In this document: in pieces, positions 1-15,200 of the stretch
How positions within the stretch are numbered: the stretch's first letter is position 1
Layout: the number at the start of each line of letters is the position of its first letter
Assembly: GCA_043228905.1 (NCBI GenBank)
Contig: JBHGNT010000013.1
Location: 11,780,001 to 11,844,000 of the forward strand
DNA length: 64,000 bases
Reading direction: 5' to 3'
DNA from: Azolla caroliniana
Lineage: Eukaryota; Plantae; Polypodiophyta
Notes under the pieces: generated by a model
What the model saw: the letters and a program-made list of their open reading frames with translations, nothing else
Database searches by the model: none
What the model was told of the DNA's origin: nothing
Position numbers and translations under genes: made by a program

Positions 1-1305
1 CATTGAGAATCAACAACACTATTTTTTGTGTATGTGGTTGAGGTGAAAAAATAAAGAAAAAAAGGAGAGGGTGTAAATACTCATAGGTGTTTTTTGGATC
101 CTTCTAATAATCTTTTTTTGGGAAATACTCAAAGTGTTTTGCATGATTTGAAGGCACTTGAACACGCTCACAATACTCAAGTGACCCAAGTATTTCCTAG
201 GTGATCATAATAGAGTGTTATAGTGTGAATGGACCTTTATAAATGTACAAATAGAGAGTTCTTGGACGTTTATACTCAACCCCCACTAGTGTAGCTTGCC
301 AATAATTGTCTAAATCTACAATGTATGAAAATGTCCTTGTACCAAATCCCTTATTAATGCTTTCAATATGTTACAACCTTCTCGTCAGCATGGATATTCC
401 GTTTTAGGTCTCATAAGCATTTTTAATGAGTTCCTCCATGTTAACCATTGGCATGCTCTGGGATGGAGATCCCATTTCATTTATTCTAGTTGGGACCATA
501 TCTCATTGACAAACCTCTTTCTTTAGGATTTGCCACCTTGAAATAGGCCATCCATGGTTGGTTGCTACAGATGTCACTAAAACTCATAATTGATTTGCAA
601 GACTTGATGACATGCTCATTCTCTTTTTGTTGTATCTACAAACTGTTCTTCAAGTCTTCATACTACTCAATCCTTGAGTAGCCCATCCACACCAACACAA
701 TTTTCTAGTTGTATACCAAGTTGCATCCTTCCTTCTTGGTCAAATGACCTCAAGAGAAACAGTACCACAACCATCCTTTCATCTTGCCCCATACTCTTCC
801 TTATCAAGCTCCCTAAAATTCCATAGATTATTATTATCTATTTTGCAATTTCTAAAACGTCCAATAGCTCTATCACTGGATCATCAAGTGAAAATAATGT
901 CTTAAATCTCGTGTAAATGTAAGCAAAGACAAGTCAAATCTAGATTTTTCATGGAATCAATGATGTCAATAGGTGATCAAGCTGTTCTTGGAGATACAAG
1001 TTCCCTAATAGTAACTTATGATTTTGAAGCTCCCACAATGAGATGATAGAGAAAATTGCTTAGAACTGTAAATCAATTGAAGGAATGTACGAAAATTGAG
1101 ACAATGTCAATGATGACGATTTCAAACTATTATCATATGCTTCAACCTTTCCGTCTCAAAAACCCCTATCTTTAATCTCCCTATCCTTATTAAGTAGACA
1201 TATGTCGTTTAAAATTTCAATAATCAACTTCTAATTGGCTTCATAATACATTCTGATATCATACAACTTCTGAAAGAAATTCAACTTTGAGAAGAGAAAA
1301 CTGGT

Positions 1306-3392
1306 TTAATCATAGAATCCATCTTCCTGATCTTGCTCCCTTGCTGCCTTATTTGCAAGATCGATTGATTTGAACCATAAAAATGCCTGTTCAAAAACAT
1401 TCAGATAATTGTCAGATTTCACAGGCAACTTCCCATATAGCAACATTTCTATGAGAAAGATGACATCCAGCAAGTTCATGAATATGTACAAAAGATCGGT
1501 TGTTATTGAAATTTGATCACATAGTTTTCAGATTTCCAGAAATGTCAACAAAAGGTTTCCAGATTTCCAGAAGAATCATCAACAGAAGCTTTAAATAACA
1601 AATGCTTGGTTGAGGATCACTACGTTTTAATATATTTATGTTCACCTATATAAGGTTCCTTTATCAAGGTTTGATTGAGCATCCATCATCCACTACAGAT
1701 TTTGAATATCTTCCAAAACACTACATTTCGTTTAACAAATTTTAGCAGGTTTTTCTCTTTAAAGCTGCTAAATCTGGAAAAAAAACTTGAATTGCCATGA
1801 GAATTAAGAATTTTAAGAATGTCTAAACAACTATAAAAGCTCTCCAGATTGTTGGGTAAAAGTAATATTACAAAAACAATTCATGAGCATCTAACAACGC
1901 AAGCATTCTCTAGTTTCTAGCAGAGCGGTAAAAAGGCCATTTAGCATTTTCGTTACATAATGCTACTAACTGTTAGTAGCAATAGGCTAGGTTTGTTTGA
2001 GAATTGACTCAAAAAATTACCGAATGATTATATGTCATACATAAATTTACCACCACAGTTGTTTTAAACACCACCCACTTATGCTAGTTGTCCTAAAACT
2101 GTTGGCTCTCTTTGCATCCATATCAATCATAAGGGTGATCTGGTTTGATTTAGATTAAGAATTAATTTGTTTAAACTTGGTACTCCCAGGATGTATTCAG
2201 TCCAATTCACACACGAGTTTACTGGCCTTCCCTGGTCCTACCTCATGTGTTTAACCCACTTATGTTCTTACTCGTTCGTGTCTTCTTATCTTCTATCACA
2301 ATTAGTGTGAGCTTGTCTTTTGCTATCCAGACACATTCAGTGATGTCCTTATAAAGTAAAATATCCTAAAAGGAATTGAATAGAGATTTCATACAAATAT
2401 ATGTATATGTATATGTATAGAGATTACTGAAACCTCAACTTCTTTGTCCATTTGACTACTGAAACCTTTTTATCCTAAAACAGAACCAATATCTTTATGT
2501 AATTTACTATTGAAACCTTTGTCTCGAATAAATAACACATAGATTTCTTTGTGCATTTTAATCTTCATTGATTACTTAAACGAATGACTGATCTAGCGTG
2601 GAGAACCTCAATCTCTTTGTGCATTTTAGTATTGAAACCTTTGCATTGAATAAATATCATGAGCATGTATTTTGCTTTTCGAAGAGGATCAAATTCTTTG
2701 TGCATTTTACTACAGAAACCTTCAACAGTTACAAAGCACTCACAGCAGTAGGGAGGCCAGTGATCGCGAAGAAGCCAAGGATTGGGGTGTAGAGAGCGTC
2801 ATCAGGAAAGATGACACCAAAGATGGGTTTCTTGTTGGTGTACTCGAAGATGGAGCCGATCTGAATTAGAAGCAGGAAAACAAGAACAATGATGAATGGG
2901 CAAAAATGAAGGGAGAACATGACAAAAGAAGAAGAAGACGAAGAAACATGATAAGAAAGGAAGGAAGAGGGAGATTACCGCAGCTATGGCGACGATGCTG
3001 GAGGCAAGGAGGTAGAAATAGAAAGGTATTTCGAACCCTGGATTGGCCAAGGCGGGGTCTTTCTTGTCCCACGGCAGTGGCTCCGTGGATCCAGGCTGAG
3101 CCCAAGAAGGAGATTGTTTAAGTTCTCCATCTTTCTGATTCCCAGAGGAAGGAGAAGGAGAAGACGAAGATGGCGATGGAGATGGCGATGATGATGATGA
3201 CGATGAGGGCTCAGAAGAAGAGCTGTCGCTCTGTGCTCGAGATAAGTGAAGAGTGAAGGGTTGCTTCTTCTTGGCCGCGGCCCTCGGAAGAAGAAGGATG
3301 TTGCCATGGCTCCGCCTGAGAGGCTCTGAAATGGGTGTCATCCATAAGGGGCAGTGGGAGGAGGAGGTTCCTGATACCATCGCCACAGCCAT
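1306..3392 (-). CDS. Conserved plant plastid/thylakoid transmembrane protein of unknown function, 3 exons (3392-2979, 2860-2744, 1386-1306), about 203 aa
   Basis: Ser-rich transit-peptide-like N-terminus. The hydrophobic core FEIPFYFYLLASSIVAIAA|IGSIFEYTNKKPIFG...TGLPTA|AFLWFKSIDLANKAAREQDQEDGFYD* is joined in frame by GT-AG introns. From memory it resembles Arabidopsis At3g51510-type proteins (not verified). Confidence 0.85.
2420..2722. repeat. Degenerate intronic minisatellite (about 55-bp unit)
   Basis: Recurrent motif aatctctttgtgcattttactattgaaacctt in several diverged copies. Confidence 0.55.
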
Positions 3393-3504
3393 GGCCTCTC
3401 TCCCACCACAGTCCAAGCCTTTCAAAAGAATATGTACATATATACCAGACATGTATGTGTTCTTTGTTTATCTCCCAGAAAATCCCACAGGACAAAAAAC
3501 ACAC

Positions 3505-3536
<32 letters not shown>

Positions 3537-4885
3537 GGGTCGGTTGGTCCGCCATTGGTCCCTCTCTTGTCCAGTCGGTTGGTCGGTCATTGGTTCCTCT
3601 CTTGTCTCATGTAGACTCTCGAAGTCTCAACGGTTCTTCACAGTCCATCCTATTGTACCTACTCATTCCGACCCCATCCCGCCTCTATCAGCAACTGCTG
3701 CTGCTGAAAACAGTCTGTCTTATACCCATCCCAAGTCATTTCTTCCATATGCTTTGTCTTGTGATTTCCCCAACCTCCTCTTTTAACCTTTAAACACACA
3801 CCCTAATCCCAATCCCAAGTCTTACAATAGAGATGCCTTGGAAGATTAAGCACGGAGCTGATCCCAGAAACAAATGAATAGTTGAAAAGCAAAAGGATGG
3901 GCAGAAGCTAAACAAGAAAGATAGGGATTTCAAATAGATAAGCATGCTCCTCTTATCTAATATTGCTGTTTCATGACCGTCACTCTGTAATTTCAATCTC
4001 AATTCACCCTCCCTCTTTACCTCTCCTATGCAATCAGTTTCCTATGGAAATGTGAGACAGATATCACCCTCAAAGTCTTGGCCTTCAGGCATTCATATCT
4101 TTACTCCACGACACAGAACACCATATCCTCTCAGCATCTGAAACCTCTTGCATTCTTTGGAAAACGACATGCATTCAAATATCATTATTTTCTGGGCATA
4201 CTTTTCTAATAAACCCTGTCCCTTTATTTTGACTTTATTTAAGATGAATAGATTAAGAAAATAGTATCCAATAGCTTCCTGTAATCTTGTTGTATATTTA
4301 TTGTTAATCCAATTGTCACATCTCATTTTTTCACTTCTTCCCATTTTCTCCATCTCTATCAATACACATATATTTATTGAGAATTTAACACGTATTTGTG
4401 AAACTTCCAATATATCATATGCACTGAATACAATTCAACTCGTATTTTGCAATTCAACATCATGTTCATGGCAATTTATATGTCATTCTATCCAACATGC
4501 CCATCTTATCGATCAATTGAGAACTAGCAAAGATTTATCAGATGACCAGAAATGACCAAAATAAGCGATTTATGAAAATAGGAGAGCTGAACTCTGCACA
4601 AGCAATTTGAAGTCATCCCAAACATGTGGGACAGACGCATAGCCAACTATCAGAAAAGCATCCGATGGTTTGGTGAAATTCCAGTATGTATGAATACATT
4701 AAAGAACAACAAAGACTAAGGATTGACACAGTAGATTGTGTATATTCTTGTATAGCTCAAGGCTTTTTCCTGAGAATCTCCAGCTCAATATATGTTTTTG
4801 AACAGACCGTAACCAGACCAATACCTGCCCTTGGTAATTGATCAAGACAGAACTTCTGTCACTATCCTTGACAAGGGTTACATGA

Positions 4886-7800
4886 TCAGTATGGTCTATA
4901 ACGAAAATCCCTTGATGGCCTATCAGAATCCAAGATAGGCCCACCCCCACCACCTCCACCATAAGACCCACCGCCACCACCACCCCACTGCAAATAGAAA
5001 AGAACATATAAGAACCACATTTATTGAATACACTGCCAATTTCATATTTGCTATAAGAATTTAAACAATCCCAATTTCCAAATCCAACTAATCCAAATTG
5101 TCTTTATTTGATAGTGTCAATTTCTGTGTCTTTATCTATTTATATCTTCGAATTAAAGTACTAAGTACATAATTTCTACAATGCCATTAAATTTTTAATT
5201 GACTTGCTTCCAACACAGTTTAAAAACCAGCTTAAAAAATCAAGGGTTTAGGATGATGTAAAGAATGGCATGCAGACAACATATACCGGGCGGTAAAAGT
5301 CTAAGCTGTTCCCTGGGTAAGCAGATGCCGCAGAGCCACCACCTAAGTAGGCATCGCCAGGGCCCGCATCATCCGGAGGTGATGCTCTATCCACTGCAAT
5401 CTGTTTATAACTGATTTTTTACCACATTATCTTGAAAATAGATGGATCGATGCATAATCGAGGAAAAACAATCCCAACCTCATGGCCTAGGAGTTCATGA
5501 GGCCTGCGACACACTCGTTCAGCTGGACCTTCATCTGTAAAAGTTACGAAGGCAAAACCACGATGCCCTGATCTCTTTGGGTCCTGTACATTATATATCT
5601 TTTAACATAATTACATAAAACAAAACCACATATATACTTAACATTCTATAAATAGTTACAAACTCACCTTTGGAAGAAAAACATCCAACACCCGTCCAAA
5701 ATTTCCAAAATACTGGCGTAAGTCATCAGAAGTGACCCCTGATGGAAGCCTACCAACAAAGATCTTATTCCTAGCACCTCCACCAGAAGGTGGAGAACCT
5801 GGATTGTAGCTAGTGGAACGACCTTTGGCAACGGTGTCCCCACCGCCATAACTACCACTAGGAGGCAAGCTCGACCAACTTCCCCCTGCATACCGGCTAG
5901 AGCCATAATCACCACCATAAGAGTAATCATAGGCATCATAAGGAGATATTCCTCCATAACCTCCGTAGCGAGGCACTCCTGCACTTGCAGCTATGTAAGG
6001 ACTATAGGCTCCATATGCAGCACCTCCATATTCTCTATCATAGTATTTCGCTGAATAGTCACTTCTTCCAGGGTAATAATCATTCCTAGCTGAAGATTTA
6101 CTGCCTCCTTCATCCTACAATAGTGAATCCAATTCCATTTAGATCACCTATCTTAGCAACTAATCTTCATGATTCAAGACAGTTACCTTTGCCGTTGCTT
6201 CATCAACTGCCACTGTTGATCCTCCAATCTCATGGGTTTGTGCCATCACCTTAGAGACAGATTCTAATACAGGAGAAGAATTATATTGGGTAAGGACAGA
6301 TAATATTGATGCCACTTCTTTATACAGAACAGACATGATATTCAGACATTTACCAGGATCCTCAAATGTGATAAATCCGATGCCTCGGTGAGATCTTGTT
6401 CCAGACTCCTGAACAGATGATTCCATAAATTTAGGATTATTTTATCTAAAAATATTCTCCGCAAAATATTTCCCACAATGTTACCTTTGGCATGTAGATA
6501 TCTGTGATGGTTCCAAATTCCTCAAAGTATCTAGAAACAAGTGTGTAATTACATTTTAAAATTGATGAGACAATAGATAATCAAGGAGCATAATAAAAAT
6601 AGAAATCATAAACAATAAACACATTTACCAGAAGAAGAAAATAAAGTTTTGACACAATTTTTTATGGATATGATGCTTTAGATACCATAGAAAACACAAT
6701 ACAATATCATATTTTTAGATCTACTGAGATAAGATCACACATTAGAATATACACCAGAGACCCCGACAATTAAGTGCACACCTCCAGAAACAGAATATAA
6801 CTTTACAAATGGAATGGACAAAGGCTCACGTTAAAACTTAACTGTAGATGCATGCTCATATAAAACCACTGCACCAAGTTTCTCTAATTATATTTACATT
6901 TAAATTTGCCCTTTATCTATAAGGATGTTGCTATACACCATATCTGTTTGCCTAGAAATTAGGATTAACATAGCAATGGATACATTCCACAGCTTTCAGT
7001 GTTAACGATTGAGCATTTTTCAGCATCATCAATTTTAGCTAATCTTCTTACTTTCTAAACTCGTCTTCAGACACTTTGTGTGGTATCCTTGCAACAAAAA
7101 TCCGAGTGATCTTCTTTGCTGGGTTTTTCATATCCTCCTACAGATAATTACATTAGTAAATAAAATGAAGCCATGCGAATTAACATACTAGATAGAAACA
7201 ATGTACACCTTGGGAGTTGCAACTTTCACTTCCAGTTCACGTCCATTTATTGTGTGCCTAGCTGCCAGGGCTTTCTGAACCATCACAACAGGAACAATCC
7301 CCATTAATAAATGAATGGAACAAGACAATAAAACAAAAATGTAATACCTCTGAACTTTCAGATGTTGAAAATGTAACATATCCAAATCCTCGAGATCGGC
7401 CTGTTCTACGATCCTGCACAGCACAAGATTTAAGTAATGTGGAAATACAATCCCATTGGTTATAGCGAGTTATGTTCTAAAGTAAGAATATAATAAGGAT
7501 AACAAAGATAGATAAATAAGAAAGGAGAGATAGAAAGAAGGGTGCCAATCCACCCGACCACCGCCAAGCGAAGGGATCGAGACGGACTCGAGCCTCGATG
7601 GGCATCCCATACCACCACCGTGGCATCGAGTCGTACCTGTTGCTAGCGCACTCGCTACAAGAGTTGACCCACCACAATGATGGAGTCTCGACGTAGCCGA
7701 TAATGTTCTAAATGAGGGTATCTAGGCCTCATATTTATAGCCAGACCTAAGGCCCCCAGGCAAGTTCACACTTGGCCGAATGGGTTGTCCCTATCCCAAG

Positions 7801-9196
7801 GATTAAAAGTAATCCTTTCCTTCTTTACACTCTCATTTAACCCTCACACTTTTACCACATGTTTAGAATACTACGGTAAAAACTTACCACGGTATATGGT
7901 CATGCCCATAACATCGCACGTGATAGTTTACTCATGAATAAACTTAAACAATAGCTATAAGCTATTACTAATCAAAGTGAATAACACAAAAGGCAAAGTT
8001 TGCTAATCAACAACACGAGAAGCAGAGCCCAAATCCTGGACAAGATGTCATTTAATTCATAATCACAGCAATTGGACAACAGAATAATGAGTAGAGCATC
8101 ATACCACATACAAATGTCATTAGAAAGGCAGCATACATTTGAATACTATCAGCTTCAGGCATAATGTGCTTGCTAAACAATCTTTTGAGAGCAACTTCCA
8201 GAGTGCGATTTTCTCGTAGGCATTAATAGAACTCAAATTTTGCACACCAAAGCGATTCTTAAAGAGCCTTCATTGTGGGATTAATGTTCCAATATCATAA
8301 GCATTCATAGAAATAAGATTTTTCACGCCAAAGCAATGATTAAAGAGCCTTCATCGTTGATTAAAGATCCATTACCTCGTCTCTACACATCCAGAATAAA
8401 TAATGAGTAGAGATATTTATTTCCTAGTAACTCTACAGGATCAGCCAGAAACAATAGGAATCTAAGATACACGGTGAGAGAGAGAGAGATAAATCTCACA
8501 CTGATAACTACAACTCTGGATGGGCAAGATATAAGAGTCAACATGAACTCCTTTAAGATCGTATATTCAATGTCTAGGTTGATCATATGATTACTAGTTT
8601 CTGGATCATGTACCAGTACAGTAGTCTAAGGTTGTTCATTTTCATCATTAGTTCTGGATCATACGTCAATGACTATGTTGTTCATTTCATCACTAGTTCT
8701 GGATCATACATCAATGTCTAGGTTGTTAATTTCATCACTAGTGACTGTTTGTGTGTCTGTGTGTGCCAGAGTAGGTGGTTTCCTTTAAAGATAAGACATA
8801 CGAATTCCACATTCTTGCTAGAATACAATGATAAAAAGATGCAGAATGTCTACAGTACACTTTCCTGGTATAGGATAGAGTATTCTTCTCTATACTGACT
8901 CTTAAGAGAAGAGAGAACAAATGAATAAATGAGGAGAAAAACTGAAAGATATAGATCTGAGCACTTACCCTCATGACAACAACATCATCGAGGCTTCCAT
9001 ATTTGTTCATGTACTGCCGAAGTCCATCAGTATTAACGTCCCATGGGATTCCAAGAATCTATGAAACCCCAAGAAGAGAAATAAAAAACCCAATTTAGGC
9101 TTGACAGAGAGGAGGGAATAGGAGAAAAGAACAATGTTTTCACTGTGATCTTACCACTAGTTTCCGGTTCCCAAGCTCTAGCCGAGTATCAGCCAT
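4886..9196 (-). CDS. hnRNP A/Musashi-like RNA-binding protein with three RRMs, 12 exons (9196-9155, 9058-8969, 7413-7348, 7274-7209, 7137-7052, 6530-6485, 6408-6354, 6263-6187, 6114-5668, 5583-5479, 5400-5287, 4987-4886)
   Basis: Spliced frame MADTRLELGNRKLV|ILGIPWDV...|DRRTGRSRGFGYVTF... with three RNP1 motifs (RGFGYVTF, RGIGFITF, RGFAFVTF), Gly/Tyr-rich linkers and C-terminal RYRPY*. All introns are GT-AG. Resembles the At4g36960 type from memory. Confidence 0.9.
7457..7913. mobile_element. Solo LTR of the same Gypsy family as 20208-27363, in intron 2 of the RRM gene
   Basis: Clear similarity along its length to LTRs 20208-20650 and 26912-27363 (cacccgacca...gagcctcgat...ggcatcgagtc...ggtcatgcccataaca). 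No internal retroelement sequence adjoins it. The TSD is not clean. Confidence 0.8.
8570..8742. repeat. Intronic minisatellite, about 45-bp unit x4
   Basis: Repeated ctagttctggatcatac.tcaatgtctaggttgttcatttcatca. Confidence 0.7.
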
Positions 9197-9717
9197 CGTA
9201 CCGAAACAATATATATATATATGTATGTATATACTGTAAACAGAAGAATCTTTCAAAGGCTCTCTCTCAGACCCAAGTCCACTCTTCTTTCTTTCTTTCT
9301 TTCTTAATTATTATTTCCTTCTCCTTCCTTCCTTTTTAATCCTTCCCATCACTCTCCCAAAAACACTCTTTGGTCTTCTGCTGTTTGTTTCTTTCTTTCT
9401 TTCTTTCTTTCTTCCTCACCCTCAAGCTCTTCCTCCCTGCAAAAAAATGCCTATAGCTCAAGCTCAATTCCTTATCAAACTCATCAGACACCCCAAAATC
9501 ACAATCCCTCTCAACCTTTTGAAGCGTCTGGCTCATCGCCATCGCCAACGCCATCCTCAAAGCTCGAACCTCAGACAGAAAGAAAGAAAATAAAATAATA
9601 ACCGTAATATTCCGTCTGTTAATCGAAAAACACGTAGATCTCTTCGGAAAACCTCCGCGAAAAGAAAAACAAATAAACAGAATCCTAGAATGTAAGAAAA
9701 AGCCGATGGAGGCCTAA

Positions 9718-9771
9718 GGGGGGGGGGGGGGGGGGGAGGGAGGAGATCGGATTGAGCTCTGGAAACCCTAA
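9718..9771. promoter_or_regulatory. G19 homopolymer and telo-box (AAACCCTAA, 9763-9771) upstream of the RRM gene
   Basis: Both are seen directly. Telo-boxes are known promoter/5'UTR elements of plant translation and RNA-processing genes. Confidence 0.45.
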
Positions 9772-12296
9772 CCGTATCTCTGGGAGTACTTTCCCACCTT
9801 ATCTCTGATTAGCGATGGCAGATCAAAGAGGCTGTCTGAGCTTTTTTTTGTCTTGTCCACTGCTGATGGGTGCGTGCGTTAGGGTTAGAACTTTAGAACT
9901 TAGGGAAGGGAGAAGTTCTTGGGATTCCTTTTGCTTGTTGCTAGCAGGGCTGTCTGTCTGTGTTCACACTTGTCGGGACAAAGAAGCCAAATCTGGCTGT
10001 TTGCTTGGAATACATACATAATAAGGATGGCATAGAGACGAAGAAGCCAAATCGCTCTCTATCCATTCCGTATCATCTCCTTCTTCCGCATTACGATTAC
10101 GTTACATTACGTATCGCAAGTCTAGCTTCTCTCGAGAGGCCATACATACATACATATATGTATAAATACATACATACTTTGATGTATATTGCACATGTGT
10201 ATGCATACATACCATACCATACCATACATAATATACTAACTTCCGATGTTGCTAACTCAGCGAGTGTAGGGCGACGCACGAAACGCAGCTTGGGTGGCTC
10301 TACACGCATGATTCGTCAATGGTCTCGATAATCGGCAAGCATCCCACTTTCTGTCAGAAAGCCTGTCAAAGGTTTGAGTTCACATACAGCTTCTCCGAGT
10401 AATGTGTGAGCATTGTTTCGACAAACCCCAATTTGAAAAAAGGGGTTGTGAAATGGACATTTCTTAATGAATTTTAACTTTAGTTGGTTTTGTGTCTTAT
10501 TCTTCGATTCATACTATACCAATACATTCCCAACTAAGAAGCAATATGTACCACGCTATAATACGCGCATAGTGCCAAAGAGTTTCCTTCCTCAAGATCC
10601 TGTATCTACTAGAGCATATTCATTATTACCATATTTAAATCACATTCACCCACATGTGATGTAACAACTATGATTTTTCTTAAGGAAAAATTCATTAATG
10701 GAAGAGAACCAAGATTTTGGTAAATTGATATATTGACGACACACAAATTTATGATAGTAGTATAAATCCACCACGTAACTTTTTATTCCTATTTGACACA
10801 TTTATTCTAGGATGTTAATTCATAGGTAAAAATGACATTCTACCAAGACCCTTAAAGAATGAAGTATGTCTCTCTAGCAATGGCTTGTACTACATCCTTG
10901 CTATGAGTCTACCATCATAAGTACGACTTATCAAAGTTGTCACCCTACCGGTTTTGGGGGATTGCAAGTGCCCATTTTAGGGAGACCTCCCCTCCACCTT
11001 GGGGAAATTTACAAATGTAACGAATTATGATTCATTCTTGATTCAACGAATGGGCCATCAATATAGTATACATGGTGTGTTGGTCTCAAGATCATATAAT
11101 GATATACTTGTTTCTTCTAAAGCAACGTTGTAGTTGATGGAAAGGACAAAACCCTATGGCCATCAATTGAATAGATTAACTTACGATACAATACTAGAGC
11201 CCAACCAATAATGAAATATCATTTAGCCTAAGGTAAAATTATAGAGGATTTGTCTTTATTATACCTAAATCTTTACATAATATAATGGCAAACTATTTAT
11301 TTTCCCTCACTCTTTCCTACACAAAACTGATGTTGTGTTCACCATATGCCTACTCTCATGTCAAACCATTCGGGTTCAACACTAGTCTTGAGTCCTCCAA
11401 GTAAGCTCTCTTGTATCTTTTTATCTTAATATATATTTCCTTTCATTGTTACTCTCTCTCTCTCACTCACTCACAAACACTCTCTCTCGCTCTCTACTAC
11501 TATTTCACCTATTTCCTTCCATCATCATTCTCTCTAGCTCGCTATATACACTACCATCTCGTCTATCCCTTTCATCACTCTTTATCTTGCTCTTTTTACT
11601 ACTATCTCACCTTACTTTTGATAGTGTCAAGCATCACCATTTTACACTACTACCTTTGTTTATAAACCAACTACTTTTCATCCCTGTTATCCCTCATTAA
11701 TAAAACAAGCACAACGGACAATGCATTACGCAAGATTGATTACAATACATAAGGTCAAACTATTTTGCATGACGAGATAACCAAAACAAATTACAATGAA
11801 AACCATGAGAAACATCCAAATAGAGTTTGTGACGACCCATAAAATATCAATTACCCTAACTTATGCAACCAAATCTCTAGCTCTATGCTAAAACGTATTA
11901 ATTTAAACTAAGGAAAATATGTGCATTTATGATGTTAACAATACAATAATCAACAAGAAAAGCACCAACGATATCGATTATCTCTATTGTGGCCCTTGAT
12001 ATGATACTAGCTCTACTCCTATGCCCAAATAGTTCTTTGCATGACATGAAAGAAAACTGAAGAGTTCTTGTTGTCTTTTCATTGGAAACCATAAAACATA
12101 ATGGATGAGATATGATAATAGCATAATAATATTATAAAGTACATGACTAGGATATTGTGATCCTCAACTCCATGATAGAAGCAAAATGCAGAGAGAGCAG
12201 CTCATATATGATATGGATACAAGGTTCATCAAGTTAAAAAAGTTTGTCATTTAGAACAAGCACAGGTTAAACTCTGTTGTCTTCAGGAAGATTTAA

Positions 12297-15200
12297 TTAT
12301 GTGAGGTCATCTTCACCTTCCGAAATTGAGGAGACAATATCCCCTGTCGGCAACTTATTTGCAAGTCTTACAATCTGCAAACATTCAAACAAAATAGAAC
12401 ATTTCATTGAGCTGAGCCTCTAGCATATGCCATGTTTTGATTATTCTATAGGCAGCATCTGAATTTAAACATGTTCCATCCATCAAAGTGGTTTTTGATT
12501 ATCAACTTTAAAGGCATAGAAGGGAAGGCGTTACAGGGCACCTGCACCATTTGAAGGATTCCATTGGCTAAAAACAACATTTGTGATAATACCTAAAAGG
12601 AGACCTATAGCAGAGATGTTTCTTATTTTGTAATGGAAGTTCCTTTCCTATGAAGTTGTAATCAACTCATAGTATCAAACAAAAGAAAATGAAGGGGTCA
12701 TTTCTAAGCTGTGGATGGTGGTATATTGGTCACATGCACAGAATACCTACGAGTTAAAGAAGTGTTATCCATGCAATTTTCAGTCAGAAGTTACCATTGG
12801 CCTCATTTCCAGCAGATGTCATGATCACAGTTCATCATACATGAAAAAAAAGTGCAGAAACTTCCAGCATATTGAATAGATAAAAAAACTTTAAACTACA
12901 AAAGTAACAACGGAAATCACACAACATACACCCCCCATCTTTGAAGTACTTACTATTTCTCAATTGCAATATGGTTGTCAGGTAATGAACTGTGCAACAA
13001 TGCTCATCATGTTGATTATTGTTTAGAACATAAGATTTTACAGTAGGTTAGGTAACCTTTTTTTATCATTTAATTACAACTAACTAGAAATGGCTAAATT
13101 ATTATACCATGTGATCCAGGTGAGGGATGAGGCTGCTAGATTTGACAACATATTTGATTCCTTCAACATCACCTTCTCTGTATGCTTTCAACAGCTTATA
13201 AGCACATGAACCATGCTCATTGTTATTGAATGCATCAATCCTGTTGTTCAAAAATGCACACGAATTGTAATCACCCTGATTTGTGAATGAGATGAAATAT
13301 CTTAAAACCTGTACAAAATGGAAGTAAATAGCATGACTTACTCAGAACAATCATTGTAGCATTGGTCTGCTTGCTTCAAATCATGAGCATATAGATACAC
13401 GATGATGGCACTCAAATAGGCCTAAATGTAGAATCCATTAGTTCTAGAAAATCCAACCGAACTTTGCATGCAACAGTATGGCACTCATAATGTGGCACAA
13501 CCTTGCACTGGCTATGAACAGCTTTTGACTTATCAGCAGCGAGTCCCCACCTTAGTAGCACGCTTGCTGCATCCGAAAACCTGCATTTATAAGACAAACC
13601 AACATTTCTATATTATATACTCTAGTAAAAAAAAGTAATATCATCTTTCATAAATGTTGCATTTATTATGATGAAGCATAAATGAAAAAGAAAGAGAAGG
13701 ATTGGGATGATTCAATCATAGCTTCATGAAAAAGCATGATCTTTTTCAGATTTGAAACATTCTTACAAAAAGAGAAATCATGACCCATGAAACATCCCCA
13801 GTGTACATGCATCCTTGTGCTCGCATGCTGCAATAGCATTGAACCCGTGGTTTTTGCATCATAAATCACCAGTGAATTGGAAGATTCGAAAGGAATTTGT
13901 GATCGATTTGAAATGAATTCCATACACCTTGGTAGAACAGTTGAATTTGCACATGGGACTCCAAGTGCAAAAACACCAGTGAAAAAATCAAACATTCAAG
14001 ACGAATGCAAAATACAATCAACAAAGGTAGACCAGTGGCAGAAAGAAATTGAAACACAACCCTTTCCTACCCCCACATGGTAATGATCAGGAAGTCCCAG
14101 TTATGAGGCTTCCTTCCTGTAGCACTAAATTAACAGCATGCGTTGAGATGTAGACAGAGTTATTGCATACATAGCAACCAAACAACAAATCTTTTCAAAC
14201 ATTATCAGGCACACACCTTTTTTAAATGACTGGTCAGAAACCTCATAGAAAGTGGAAAAAAACAAATTTGTACATGTCAGATTAGAAACATTTAAATCAT
14301 AAAGCATAAAATGATCGTCACAGGAAAAACCTAAATAGCCAATATGGATCCAATGCTGATTGCACAAAACAGTACAAATTGTCCACAGAGCACAGAATCA
14401 GAAGCATGCAAAAAGATGGTGAAGGGCTCAATATCCTGTTGTACAAAACCAAAGATCTAGAGGAACTTTGGAAGCTGATGTGGAGGAAAATAATTATGTA
14501 CACATTTTCCTGCAGGGAATGTGTAATTCCAGAAAAATAAGAGATTTAATCCGACAATATAATTCAGCATAAATATAGGATATAAAGAGAACATCATTTT
14601 AGAAATTACTAAGTTAGGCCCTCCTGAACATCAATCATGCACTTGAATGAAGGACTAGTTAGTGTGAGGCCCGTGCATGGACTACTCTGTAATTGGAGTG
14701 AACTAGGAAACGGAATAACTTTATAACGGGCAGATCATCAATGTGGCATGACCTCCCCCCTGTGTGTATAAAGTCCTTTGGTAAAGCCTTGAAAGCCAGA
14801 AACATTGAATATTTTAATTAATCACTGTTGTCAAGACACTATCTTCTCTCTTTTGTGTGTGCTAATCAGGTCATACTGGTTTGCTAAGATATTGTTGAGT
14901 GATCTAACCTTACTCCATCTGTTCTAAATGAGCACATTGTTTTCATTGTTAGTGGACGATTAATGACGGTCTGTGCGTGCATCCCTTTCTCAATTTGTGT
15001 GTGATTCTCCTTGGGGATACAGCCCCTGCTACCCTGCATGCTCGGGTAGCCATTCCCTGCTTACAGCATGTTTTCAAATTGGGTGATTGAAAACAAGTGC
15101 AACCCCCTTTATCAGTGTGGAAAGGCTAGCTTCCACCACCATCACCTTCGTGTATCAGAGTTATTAGGTGATTGCCAAGATCTGGGTGCTCGAAAACGAG

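Noticed and set aside
300-1000. Possible very old retrotransposon gag remnant
   Set aside because: Too degenerate to call without a homology search.
3253-3793. Plus-strand ORFs of 150-177 aa overlapping the plastid-protein gene start
   Set aside because: They are antisense and microsatellite-spanning frames with no recognisable domain.
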